From NCBI GenBank assembly GCA_009602735.1, contig WELA01000374.1, positions 104,884 through 168,883 of the forward strand: DNA of 64,000 nt, in the 5' to 3' direction. This DNA comes from Mesotaenium endlicherianum (Eukaryota). Of this stretch, positions 14,666-27,284 are shown piece after piece. The position numbers were made by a program, and so were the translations under genes. The number at the start of each line of letters is the position of its first letter. Position 1 is the first letter of the stretch. The notes under the pieces are model-generated. The model was not told the origin of the DNA. It saw nothing but the letters and a program-made list of their open reading frames with translations, and made no database searches.

Positions 14666-15865
14666 ACACATATGTACGCACGTACGCAAGCACGCACGCA
14701 CGCACGCACGCACACATGGGCACAGCATGGACGGTCACGCTGTGCACACGCTCGCACGCAGACTTATACATGCTCTCCCCCTCTCTCCCTCTTCTTGTGT
14801 CTCTCATTTTCTCACGCGAGCATACACTGGCATCCCTACGGCTGCGCTGGGCTAAGGGCACCTGGTCCACAAATCCCACATGGGGCTCACCGTATATGTG
14901 GGGCTTCATGCATGCATGGGCCTTAATGCATGCTGCTGATGCTTCTCTCATAATGCGTATCCTTCAATTTTTTTTGTAAAAAAGAATAGAAGTATAGAAT
15001 AAAGTGATAAAAAGAACCAGAAGCTGGGACGCAGAGACGCAGGGACCTTAACAAGGCGTACTTGGATGACGAGTGCAAAACTGTTAGTGTTAGGACACAG
15101 TGCTTAGGGTTAGGGTCAAGCTTAGAGTTAGAATTGACTTGGTTTACAGTTAAACTTAGGGTAGGGTTATACTTAGGGTAAGAAATACACATGTGGTTAG
15201 ATTGGGGGCTGGGGGTACCAGAAGCAGAAAGTGGCGGCGGAGAGGGCGGCCACCGAGTACACAAAGGGGCCCGCGATGACATCAGCCAGCCGCTGGACGG
15301 GCGCCTCCCTCCCCTGCGCCTCCTCCACCTGCGCGGCAAGCACGTGTCGAGTCGCCCCCGCGTCAAATCCGCCCCTCCCCCACCGCCCAGCCCAGCTGCC
15401 ATCCACCAAGCGGCGATCGCGTCAAAGCTGCCCCAGAGCACCGACCGTCCGCAAAGAGATATCTTGCCCCTCCTAGCTGCCTGGCTGTTCCCTGCCCTAG
15501 ACTACCCTCGCCCCCTAGCCTACGGTACAGCCTAGCCTAATCTCTAGCTCCACGCTATAGCATCGCTAGCCCCTAGCTCACTCGGTGCAGCCAGGCCCGG
15601 CCTCTACCCTTGCCTACTCACACGAGGCCCTTGCCTGTCCCGAGCCTAGCCAAGCCTGGCCCGTACCTACCCAAGCCTGGCCCGTACCTAGCCAAGCCCT
15701 GGCCCGTACCTAACCAAGCCTGGCCCGAGCCAAACCAAGCCTAGCACAAAAGCTGGGGACCTGCCACCTTCCACGTGGTGCGAGAGACACCGTTGGACTG
15801 TAGCAAGTCACGATGATTTTAAGAGATTCTTCTCTCCTTCAACGCTTCATTCGAGCGTACACGCA

Positions 15866-15942
<77 letters not shown>

Positions 15943-16318
15943 NGGAATGGGCAGACGGCGATTTTGAAATCCGACGGCTCCAACGACCTGCTCGTCATAA
16001 ACCCACCCAGGATGTACACCACAAGCTAGCCAGTGAGTTGCAGCCAGAGCGACAGGAGGGTGAATCAACAGCAGGCAGAGCACCCCCCTCCGCACAACTG
16101 CCGTTCAAACAAGTGGCTTAACGGAAACACATTTGTTGAGGTGAAAGGCAGCTGCAGCAAGCAGAGAGAGCAGGCCTTTGCCTCATCCGCGGCTCTTCTA
16201 CAAGAGGAAGGGTGCCCACCTGCAGAGGGTTCATGCCAGTCCAGGGCTGTTGCATGGTGGCCAGCTCCCACAAGATGACGCCAAAGCTGTACACGTCCGA
16301 CCTGTTGCTCCACATAAG

Positions 16319-16360
<42 letters not shown>

Positions 16361-19300
16361 CACATGGCGGTTAGGCAGAGAGCGGGAAGTGGGGACCACA
16401 CCATGCGGGTGATGGACGCCACGGCACAGTCGGCGCCCGTTGCCGTCGCCTGCACGGCAATCGGCCCCTCCTGCATGCGACACGTGGCGAGCGTCACACG
16501 AGCCACACGCACCCCACGTCAGCACACAACAACGGCCCAACGTAGAACGCAGGGGTGGGATTGTAAGAATTCCAAGAAAGGACAATGAGGGAGATGGTGA
16601 GGTACAGAGTCTTCTGCTCCTGTCGAAAGCGACGCTCTTCTGAAGTCTTATGTGAACTCACGAGCTTTTACGAGGTTTCGTACGTCACCTTGTTTCACAA
16701 CAAATTGCTGGACATTACAAGGAAGCTGAGATGGGGACTGACCCAGTTGACGGTGCCGGCGGAAACGGAGTCGCCCGCTGACTTGGCAAGGGGGAGCGCC
16801 TCTCCTGTGAACATCGACTCGTCCACCGCGCTCCTGCCAGCTGTCACCACCCCCTGCGCGCACGCCACGTGTCACGCCCCCGATTCACAGGCTCAGCGCT
16901 CATGCCAGCCGGCTGTCACCGTCGGGCCCAGCGGGGATGCCACTTGTCATGCCGCACGGATGCCATGTTTTGCAATACAACCCCACGAGCACGTGCTCGG
17001 AGAGACGCCACTTGGCAGCCGCAAGGTCGCCGGGCGGCGCGACATGGAACGGTGCCACGTGGCAAAGCTGTCACGCGGCGCAGGTGCCACATAAGTCTCA
17101 CACAGGTGCCCCACAGGTGGCCGAAAGGTGTCAGAAAGGGCACGTGCGTAGCGTCCCTCTGCTACGCCTGCCAGCGAGCTCCCAGCTGCGCCCTTGGGAT
17201 CGTTCTTAGAGTGAGAGCAGAGAAAAAAGGCTGTGAAAGCTCAACGCAGGTGCCGCCGGGGAGCTGCCCGACAGAGAGCTGACAATGAGAATGTCGACGA
17301 GGAGAGAGCTGGCACCGGCGGACAGTTGGCAATCAGGCGGTTGCCAGTCGCAGAGTTGACCACGGGAGCGCTGATCTTCGGACAGTTGACCTTGCGAGAA
17401 ACGACCGATGGAAGGCGGCCCTCAGGAGGGGGTTGACCAGTTGACCGCGCGCAGGGTGCCGCCAGGTAAGAGCAGAGCCTTCACGGCTCACGGGCGGGCT
17501 GCGGAGGGTAGCTCTGATCCCGGATAGCTCTTTGGGAGGGAGGCAAAGGGCGCGTGCAGTACATCTGCTGCTCGAAAGCGCGAGCTGGCACAGTTCTCGG
17601 CTTCAAAAGGCCTGCAGGCACCTGCTGACAAAGGTCAACGCGGCGGCACCTAGCAGTTGCCTACGGGACCATCTTGTTTGACTGGCGGCCTGCGCAAGTG
17701 GCCCGTTGGTGCCTATGCTCGCGCGCGTGAATGTGTGTGTCTGTGTGTGTATGCGTGTGTGTGTGTGTGTGTGTGCGCGTGTGCATGTGTGTCTCTTCAT
17801 GCGTGCCTGACCGTGTGGGCCTGTGCGCGTGTGTGTCTGTGTCTGATGTGACACAAAGGGCACACGAGAGGGTGACTGGTGGCGGTCGCTTACATCCACG
17901 GGGATAGTCTCCCCTGGGAGCACCAGTACGAGGTCGCCACGTCGCACTTGACAGCTGTCCACCTCCAGTGTGGCCGCGCGGCTGAGGCCAAAGCCCCCTC
18001 CAGCAGATGCTGCCACCTGTCCACCTCCTCCTCCTGCTGCCGCTGCCTCCTCCTCCTCCTGAAGCTTACTGACGTCTTCGACGAGGAGACGACAGGTGGC
18101 AGGCACCAGGGACTGCATGCTCAAGCGAGTCCCCCGACAGCCGGCCGCAGAAGCACCCGCACACACACACACACGCACACGCGCGCGCATAAACACACAC
18201 ACGCAGAGAACGAGCAAGGGAGAGAGAAAGAGAGTTCACAAAAGCACAAAGAGGGACACAAACACAGGGACACATAACACGATGACAATCTCGTCAAAGG
18301 ATGCGAGGGTGACAGGTGGCAGGGGGGGGAGGGCNNNNNNNNNNNNNNNNNNNNNNNNNNNNNNNNNNNNNNNNNNNNNNNNNNNNNNNNNNNNNNNNNN
18401 NNNNNNNNNNNNNNNNNNNNNNNNNNNNNNNNNNNNNNNNNNNNNNNNNNNNNNNNNNNNNNNNNNNNNNNNNNNNNNNNNNNNNNNNNNNNNNNNNNNN
18501 NNNNNNNNNNNNNNNNNNNNCCCTCCCCTCCTCTCTCCCCCTCTCCCCCTTCCTAACCACCCCAGTCCCCACTGCCCCTCCCCAGGCCCCTGCCTCGCCC
18601 TCTGCCGCCTCCGCAGCAGGCGAGCATCGTCGGGGATCTGAAGCGGCTGAAGCTTCCGGAGGAGGGCCCAACCAATGCCACAGACACGGGGCTCCACCTC
18701 CCGCTCATCTCAGCTCGGGTCAGCTCATCTCACCTTGCTGCACAGGTCAGCTCAGCTCGGGTCAGCACTGGTCCGCAAAGGTCAGCTTAGGTCAGCTGAG
18801 CTCAGCTCGGGTCAGCTCAGCTGCTAAGAAGTGCGCCGCCCGTTGGCAGGCAGGAGCACCAGCAGTTGGGCGGATGGGGCGGGCGGGGGGTTTAAAGCGG
18901 CAGCAACGGTTGGGCACGCGCGCGGTCTCGTTGCCTGTGGGCGTGTGAGGTCGTGCGGAGAGGGCCTGCAAGGCCAACGCGCCATTGGTAACAGACCACC
19001 TGGAACCCCGTGGGCTTCTCCTCACGCTCTCCCTATCTGACTATCTACGCACCAGAGATGCCCATGCCCGTGCGCGTCTGTGTATGTGAGTGCGGCGTGC
19101 GAGTGTGCATGTGTGTGTGTGTATATGTACGCGCTTGCGCGTGTGTGCAAACGCGTCCGTATGTGTCCGCGGACATGCGAGAGTGCATGCGTGTATACGA
19201 ATCTCTGCATGCGGGGTGTGCGTGTGCATGCTTGTGTATAAGCAGCACGCGCGCACGCGCGTGTGTGCACGCGTGCGAGTCTGTTCGCAAGCAGGCATGT

Positions 19301-20040
19301 AAGCGTTCGCACCAGGAGAGCCTGCAGGTCGGAAGAGGCCTGCGCGCGCGCCTGTGCCTCCAGGGCCCGCCCCAGGAGCACCACCGCCAGCAGCATCGTC
19401 TGCTCCCTCCCCCCCCCCCCNTCCCTATCTGACTATCTACGCACCAGAGATGCCCATGCCCGTGCGCGTCTGTGTATGTGAGTGCGGCGTGCGAGTGTGC
19501 ATGTGTGTGTGTGTATATGTACGCGCTTGCGCGTGTGTGCAAACGCGTCCGTATGTGTCCGCGGACATGCGAGAGTGCATGCGTGTATACGAATCTCTGC
19601 ATGCGGGGTGTGCGTGTGCATGCTTGTGTATAAGCAGCACGCGCGCACGCGCGTGTGTGCACGCGTGCGAGTCTGTTCGCAAGCAGGCATGTAAGCGTTC
19701 GCACCAGGAGAGCCTGCAGGTCGGAAGAGGCCTGCGCGCGCGCCTGTGCCTCCAGGGCCCGCCCCAGGAGCACCACCGCCAGCAGCATCGTCTGCTCCCC
19801 CCCCCCCCCCCCTCAAACCCAATCCCCAAAGGCATGCAGCAGAGCACAACAGCACAGCTTTCAGCCAGTTAGCAGGCAGGCAGGCAGGAGCGAGAGGGAG
19901 GGGGGGGCGGGGGATTGCCAACATGGCAGAAGGAGGTGGGGGAGAGTCCCGGAGAGACACAACTGGAGCTCAGGCGATGGTGATGATGATGATGGGGCGG
20001 GCGGGCTGGCCAGCTGGCGAGCCGGGGCTTGAGGCTCTCT

Positions 20041-20075
<35 letters not shown>

Positions 20076-23000
20076 GTGCGAGAGAGACTGTGTGGGTGGG
20101 TGTGAGCGAGCGACCGCATACCGGCTCTTCGAAGAACGACATGTCGAGGCCAAGGTCGGGGTTCACCAGCGCCGCCTGGCAGCCATGCACGCACGCACGC
20201 ACACGCACGTCAAGAACACAGGAGTTTCCTCTGATCAGTAGCTGGCGTTCGGGAATGAAGGGAGGGCCAATGCGCATGGTGGTTAGCCTCCTCCAAGGGC
20301 AACAGTGAGACAAAGAGTAAATGAACACGAGCACGAACAAGGACAAGAGGGGCAGAGGAGGAGGAGGAGGAGGCAAAGAGGAGGAAGATCAAGAAGAAGA
20401 GGAGAGAAGAGTCAGCCAAAGGGACGATGACGGGGCGTCAGAGGAGCAAAAAAAGGGCGTGTGGTCCCAACAAGCTCCCTCCCTCCAATTCAAAAGGAAA
20501 AGAGAACACGCCAGAAGGCATGACAGGACAAACGTACGCCAGGTGGCAGGCAGGAGGAGCAAGGGGGAGGACTCGAGCGAGGAAAAGAGGGGGGAGAGCG
20601 AGGGCGTGGTCCCCACAGAGCTGACGACAAAGGAGGCAGATGACCCGAGGCCGACAAGTGTGTTCATGTTGGGCGCGTTCCTTGTCAGCGCCCGCACGCC
20701 GTCCACCACCAGCCCTGCCGCCCGCCCGCCGCCCATTCTGAGAGTTAACGTTTGCAGATGTTATGTAATAACAACAGAGCGTCAGAGTCAGGGGCATACA
20801 ATCGCCCCCAGCAAGACTGTTGGAGAGAGACGGGAGAAAGAGGAGGAGGGGGTGGGGNNNNNNNNNNNNNNNNNNNNNNNNNNNNNNNNNNNNNNNNNNN
20901 NNNNNNNNNNNNNNNNNNNNNNNNNNNNNNNNNNNNNNNNNNNNNNNNNNNNNNNNNGGGGGGGGGTAAGTCTGCGGGCTTCCCAATTTTTTTTCAGTGA
21001 GCAGAGGGCAAGCCCCCAGAGGGCAAGCCCCCCCCGGGCAGATGAAACTTGTTTCTTGGTCCTTATAGTAGCAGGCGGATTCTTTGGAAGGGATAGCAGC
21101 AGACGGATGTGAGAAAGTTTTGGAATGAGGTGGAGCTAGCCTAAGCAGCAGTGGGGGGCAAATGCGCGCGGTGGCTGAGCAAAGGTGTCATTCCTCCAAC
21201 ACCTCCTCAAAGTCCCCGGGCAGGAAGGGGGGCTTCAATTTTTCATTCGCATTACGGTGAGCTCGACACGCACACACACACACATGTATGCACGCCTGCC
21301 AACCATCATGCGGGCGTTGCTTCCCACACCCACAAATGCGCACGCTCGTGCGACACCTCGTGTGACATGGATACCTCGAGCGTGGTCACGAGGACGACAA
21401 ATTCTTCTCCAAAGGCTTTTTTCTGTTTTCTTTCCTCTCTCGTTTTCTTACCTCGGGCGGGGCCGAGGAGGGCCGCCAGCGAGACGGCACACTTGAACCT
21501 GGGGTCGTCCAGAAACGCCAGCCAGGGGCCTGCGGGCGGAGGAAAAAATTTTGCAAGCTCCGGTCAGGGAAAAGCAAGCTCCGGTCAGATTGAAGGAAGT
21601 CCAGCTCGTGACGACAGCAAGTTCGGAACAAGTTGAGAAGCCCTCCTCTTTTCCAAAGAAGGTGCGGTCTCGATACCTGTGGGCCCCATGAAGATAACAT
21701 CCTTGCCTCCCATGAAGTAGTACACGCGTGAGCAGACGAGGTCAATGCCAAACACAGAGGGCGCTTCTACAAGCCCCTTACGAACATGGGGGGGCGGAGA
21801 TGGGGCGCATTGACAGGGACGTCACAGGAGGAAAGGGCAATTTCGATTTACGACACTTGCGGGCTAACGACACCCGCAGTAGGGTGTTGCCATCTCCGCT
21901 GCCACGCCATGCGTTTGTGTGTGGGCAGAAAGAAGTGAGGGAGGGGGAGGGTAGGGGTGGGGAAGGAAGAGAGGAAGGAAGGGAGAGTGCAGGAAGGGAG
22001 GGCGGGAGAAGGGGGGAAAGGGAGGGAAAAGGGAGGGAGAGGGAGGAGAGGAGGAGGGGGCAGAGGGGGAGGGCAGGAGAGGGAGCGAGAGGGAGGGGGA
22101 GAGAGTGGGAAAGAGAGAATTATGGAGCTTACATAGGGGTAGTGTGGCAGGAACTTTATCGTGGGCAATATCCATGAGAGAGGGGGAGGGGGAGGGGGAG
22201 GAAGAGAGAAGGGAGGGAGAGGTGTCAAAAGAAGAAATCACCGTGGTCTACAGCCAATCAGGGAGGGGATGGGAAAGAAAAAAGAGGCAGGGAAGGGGGG
22301 GAAGAGGGAGAGAGAGGGCGAGAGGGAGAGGGAGAGGGAGAGGGAGAGATGGCGAGAGGGAGAGAGGGCGAGAGAGGGAGAGGAGAGCGCGAGAGAGGGA
22401 GAGGGAAAGAGAGAGGCAGCGGCAGAGCGAGGGAGACAGGTAGAGCCGATAAAGGAGCAGCACCGTGAGCGATGCCGTGCATCCCCAGCAGGTGGAACAC
22501 GTGGCCCGCATGGCCGCCACAGCACAGTGCCGCCAGCACAGCAGCCACCGCCACCTGGACGCGCGACCTGTTCACGGCCTCCTCCCGCCGGCGGACGAGC
22601 TCCGAGCGCCGCTGCGAGGCTGCCACGTGGCAGAGCGAGAGCAAGCGTGTGAAAAGGAGGAGCAGGAGCAAGGGCGCGGCGCCACGTGTCAGAGGAGACG
22701 ACGGAGCTAGCGCCGGGCGGCGGAGCGAGGGGGCGGGCGAGGGAGCGCCACGTGGCAGAAGGGGCAGAAAGGGCAGGAAGGCAGGAGGGCAGAAAGAGTT
22801 AAAAAGGGACCCGGTGTTAGTTACTGCTGAAATGGAAAAGAATTTCTCTGAGTGTGTGTGTGTGTGTGTGTCTACGCTGCATCTGCTGGGAATGGCGCTG
22901 GCTTGCTGGTGGCTTGTGCTGAGTGAACCACTGGGGAGTAGAAGATGGCATCATCGTTGGTATCACTGCGCAATCATCTCTTTGCTATGCCTCGCTGCAG

Positions 23001-23404
23001 GGGGAAGGGCGGGGGGGGGGGAGGAGTGGAGGAAGGGAGGGGGCAGCAGGGATGGCTGCTCCGTTGCTGCTCTCCTTTGAGGGAGACAGTGGAGCAAGGT
23101 CTTGCGCTATACTACTGTTCATATATCACCCCCTAATTATACCCACCCCCTAATCATCCACACGCACAGCACCCTGATCACACCCACCCGAGATGCCCCC
23201 CACTCACACCCCACAAATCTTTGCCTCCAGAGTAACAACAACACCCCGCACGAGCGCCAAGTGGAGGCCTGTGCTTGAGCTTCTCCCTCCTCTGCCTTGC
23301 CAACTAGGCATCAGATACATGTGCATACCTGCTCGCGCACGCGCGTGTGCGTGCGTGCGTGTGTGTGTGCGTATGTCCGTGTGTGTGTGTGTGTGTGCGT
23401 GTGT

Positions 23405-23437
<33 letters not shown>

Positions 23438-24999
23438 TGTGTGCACGCATGGACGCGGGCCCACCTCACCTCTCCTTCTTCAACTCCCGTCTTGCGTCCC
23501 ACCCCCCCCCCCCTTCTCTAACCCCCCTTGCCAGATGATGGACCAACATCATTTGTTGTCTGCCGTCAATCGGGTCCTATCGCCGAACAGTTTTCCAGGT
23601 GACAATCGCCCATTTACAGTATTCTACTCGTCGTTATTGGGTCAACTGCGAGCCCAAGTACTATACATCCATGCGTGTCAGCACACACACGTGTCGGTAA
23701 ACACACATCCGACACACGTGCATGTCAGCATATTGTCAGCACACTTACACGTCAGCACGAGACGTACCAGCATATACACATGCCGGCATAAGCATCCGGG
23801 GAGGGAGGGATGCACGCACATGGGCAAAATACCCGCCCGCCCCCTATCTAGCTCTTACAGAGATGCAAGTTGAGCATGTAAGCGAGAGGGAGGGAGCATG
23901 TACCAGCAGTGTCAGCTCCCCCCCCCTGCCTCAATATCCGCAAGTGACTCTCACGGAAAACAAACTGTGCATGCGGGAACGAGGGGGAGGGAGTCGGAGA
24001 GCAAGCGAGGGAGGGAGGGGGGGAAGGAGGAAAAGAGAGAGAGAGGGAGAAGGGAAGAGAGAGGGCGGGAGGGAGAGGGAGAGGGAGAGAGGGAGAGGGG
24101 GAGAGTGGGAGACAGGGCCCACCAGCGGTGTCGGCTTCGCCCGCCTGTCTCACGCTGGACGTGAAACCCCCCTCCGTGAGAGCCGCAGCCAGAACCTCCC
24201 CAGGCGAAAAAATCCCCTCGCTAGCTCCCTTCCCCTCAGCTCCCTCCCCCGGGGGCGATTCGAGGCCCGCTCCCCCTCCCCCCCTCGAGTCAACGACTGT
24301 CCCAAGCTTGAGCTGGACGGCCGCGGTGTTGGTGACCAGGTTGACGGCTGCCGTCTCCACCAGGGGATGATTCGACAGGATGTTCCGCACGGCAGAGGCG
24401 CACCCCCCACACATCATGTCCCCCACGTCCAAAAGCACTGTGCCGCTGTGCTTGCCCCCCTCCCCCTCCCCCTCCTCCCTGCCCTGCCGAATGCCCCCCG
24501 CCCCACCGCCGAGGGCAGGCACGGGAACAGCCACCCCCCTTGCCGCTCCTTCTGAAAGAAGCTGAGTCTCAGCAGCGTCTGAAATCTTGCCAGCTGTGTG
24601 CTGCTGCTTGAGAATCGCTCTAGGCTGGTGCCTTCTGTGGACCTTCCTTCTGAGTTGCCGCTCACCGTGCACCCCCAGGTGGCCACCTGTCAGCGGGGCA
24701 TGTGCGGCCGCCAGCTGGCCCAAGGCCCCGCTGCCAGCAGGGCTGCCACGGCGTGCCTGGAGGCTCCTATCTGAGTGACACGTGTGCAGGGGGCCCCTCT
24801 GTGATGCTCCTCCTGCTGCTCTGATGCCAAACTCGTACCCCTTTTGGTGAGCTGAATTTTCTACACGTGTTAAGGTCACGCAGCTTGTGCGGCTCGCCAC
24901 CAGGTGCTGGCTCGTGGCATCGCCAAATGGCCTTTCCAGAAAACGTGTGGCTCCACCCAGCTGCCATGTGGCCAGCTGAGCACCGACCACAGTGCTCAT
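7869..24999 (-). CDS. PAA2: Chloroplast copper-transporting P1B ATPase, PAA2/HMA8-like, about 1166 aa, 18 exons: 24999-24123, 22619-22464, 21529-21452, 20714-20617, 20175-20122, 19791-19705, 18112-17894, 16853-16743, 16470-16402, 15328-15219, 14597-14492, 14068-14002, 13185-13106, 12552-11735, 11219-11045, 9969-9829, 8743-8593, 7972-7869
   Basis: Motifs found: transit-peptide-like N-terminus, HMA motif [85 protein letters not shown]2-type segments [18 protein letters not shown] and [12 protein letters not shown] are present. All exons join in frame with GT-AG (3501 nt total). Confidence 0.93.
15640..15742. repeat. Intronic minisatellite, ~20-21 bp unit (agccaagcctggcccgtacct), about 4-5 copies
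   Basis: Directly visible tandem copies. Confidence 0.85.
15868..15942. repeat. (GA)n microsatellite; representative of abundant intronic (GA)n, (CA)n, (CACG)n and poly-G/C tracts (e.g. 2763-2837, 10146-10186, 28497-28548, 31551-31659, 49151-49537)
   Basis: Directly visible. Confidence 0.95.
15944..16301 (-). pseudogene. Fragment of a Raf-like MAPKKK gene (EDR1/CTR1 type): exon 16301-16220, intron, truncated exon 15987-15944, inside PAA2 intron 9; probably misassembled
   Basis: Encodes [41 protein letters not shown] (kinase subdomains IX-X) with an intact GT-AG intron. It ends exactly at the single N at 15943 and is flanked by (GA)n on both sides. Confidence 0.85.
19030..19812. repeat. Near-perfect 392-bp tandem duplication (19030-19420 / 19422-19812) including PAA2 exon 6; probable assembly overlap artefact
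   Basis: The copies appear identical apart from the poly-C end and are joined by a single N at 19421. Confidence 0.9.
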
Positions 25000-27284
25000 G
25001 GCTACCTTGTTCTAAAATTCCGCCCGCCCAGAAGCCTCCTGCTCTAAACGTTTCAATCACAAGAAACGAGAGTCAGTTCAGCTTGACCGAATTGTTGGCT
25101 TATCGGCTGTTTGAGAGCTGCTGGTCGCCTCCCAACGCCGTGCAGTCTCACCGGTTCCTGCAGTACTGAGCCTACTGAAGGCGGGAGCGAATTGGAGCAG
25201 GCCAATCGAAATGTAGGTGACAGACTGGATTCTACTGTTAACATCTGCCGTCGACTGCCTGATGTGCTCTCCGGGAAGCAAACACAAACGAGCAGCAAGC
25301 TTCGAACAATATGCTGAAGGAAGCACAGTACAATGGCTTCCTGTGAGCTATACTATCAGCTTTCAGCTGCTACTGGCAGAGCAGCAAAAGAGCACTTCTT
25401 TCGTGTCGTCTCACGCTCACAGAGCCAGAATATCGTTGTCTATTTTGACCGAAGTGCTAGTGTACGCTAAAGTGCCTTGAAGCTTACTTACAGACGTATT
25501 AAAGAGTCCGGAAATAAAGAGACGAGAACTAGAGCTGGGAGCTGATGAGAGCTCATATGTATATACATCAATATATTCAAGAGGTGTGGATAGCAAATCT
25601 GCCACCTGCAAGGAGAAGCGTGTGTGACAGAGTGCTATCAAAAATCATCCCGAGTGATTGCAAGTGACCAGCAGAGAGATTTCGACGACGGTGGCTGAAA
25701 GTGTGAAGGTGACTGCAATGCGTAAAGTCCGGTAATGTGGATAGGGTGAAATCCTCCCGGTAGTACGAATCAGTACGATTGATTTTCATCCCTGGCGGAA
25801 CGCAGCGCATGTAACGTCCCCACTTACAACAACGCGTCCACGTGAAAAAGAGCGAACTAACACGATGCTACCGTACATCTGCGCATTATCTATATAAAAA
25901 AAGAAGAAGGCATTTAGTAACATTAAAAGACATATTTGCTGCTGAAAACAACTGAGAAACACTTTCCATGGCGTGGAAATGCACGTCGAACCTAGAAAAA
26001 CACGTGTATTCAACCATTGACCAGTGACCTGTCCATGGTCGATTTCTCACCATACCTTAAATTTGAGGCACTCCTAGGTTTCTTATTTGCCTTCACCCAC
26101 TTCTGCAAGTTTGAGCTGAGTAATGTTCTTACGCCTATAGCTGACACCTTCGAGATCTTACACTCTCCACACAAACTTACCATTTGACACGATTAGAATG
26201 AGAATATTATGTGAGCTAAATCTACCATCACATGAAGTAACAATCTAGTACTTTTGGTTCCCAAGCTTTCAATGGACATGCGAGAGTGTCTTAAAAATAT
26301 AGTTGTTACCTGTGCAAGAAACATCTGTTTCATCTTATCACATATACATTGCCGTCTCTTATGAATGAAATTTCACAACAATCCAACCAACAAAATAGTT
26401 CATGTAAAAAAAATTCCCATATTTACGTCTAAGATCACAACAATCTTTATATTGGCTTGCGCATTTCTTTGGTCAGTACTATGTAAAAAACATACTCTCA
26501 TTCACCACATCAATTGCTTCTTTCTCTATCAAGAAGGCAATCGTTAGCCAGATAATTTCAAATATTATTACTACAAATGCAAGATATACTTGAAAGACTT
26601 GCGCCTCCTTGTGGCATGCTACTGTTGGCAACCTACCTATTTGAAAGCTCTGTGTATTCCTACTTACCAATGAGGAGCCTACAAGCAAACTCCAACTGCA
26701 CACTACAATTAAACCCAATGCGTGTAGTAAGTGCTTGTTGATAACTAATGTAAAACTTAAGATGCGTATATTGACCACCTACAAGCACTGAGTAAAATAT
26801 ATTATATTTTAGATATTGTGTGAAAGGAACAAAAGGTAAAAAGTATTGCTGCATCATTTTGATAAAGCGATACATGAACTCGGCCACACGCAAAGAACCT
26901 CGAGAGTTGCTAATTTAAGTCAAGAAAAGAACAGGCGATGGTCTTTCTATACTAACAATAAATCAGTTCTATATGAATCCATGAGACTTGGATGCTTACA
27001 TTTGAGGCTTGCCTTCGTGTACGTCAGATGTATAAGTACATCAAGAAATACCTCGTGAATAGCGTCTGCACTGTGTGGGGATAGGCATCTGTAGGATAGG
27101 CAAGCTTGTGGAGACCAGGAGCCGCAACTTTGTGTTGCCTTTGGCTTTGGTGTCTTTTACTTTGTGTTGCCTTTGGCTTTGATGTCTTTTATTTTGTGCC
27201 AGTAATTTTTTTCAATTTTTTTCCCTGTGGGGAAAACACTTCCCGGAGACCACCATCTCCTGCTAAATGTGCTGCTCCCTAGTA

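Noticed and set aside
15640..15742. CRISPR-like repeat
   Set aside because: Head-to-tail minisatellite with no spacers, in a eukaryotic intron.
15944..16470. ATPase-kinase fusion protein
   Set aside because: PAA2 exons 9 and 10 join in frame without it; the kinase piece is partial and ends at an N.
18580..18650. Possible alternative PAA2 exon IPDDARLL
   Set aside because: Only weak resemblance to LVPATCRLL, no supporting donor, and exon 6 already joins exon 7 in frame.
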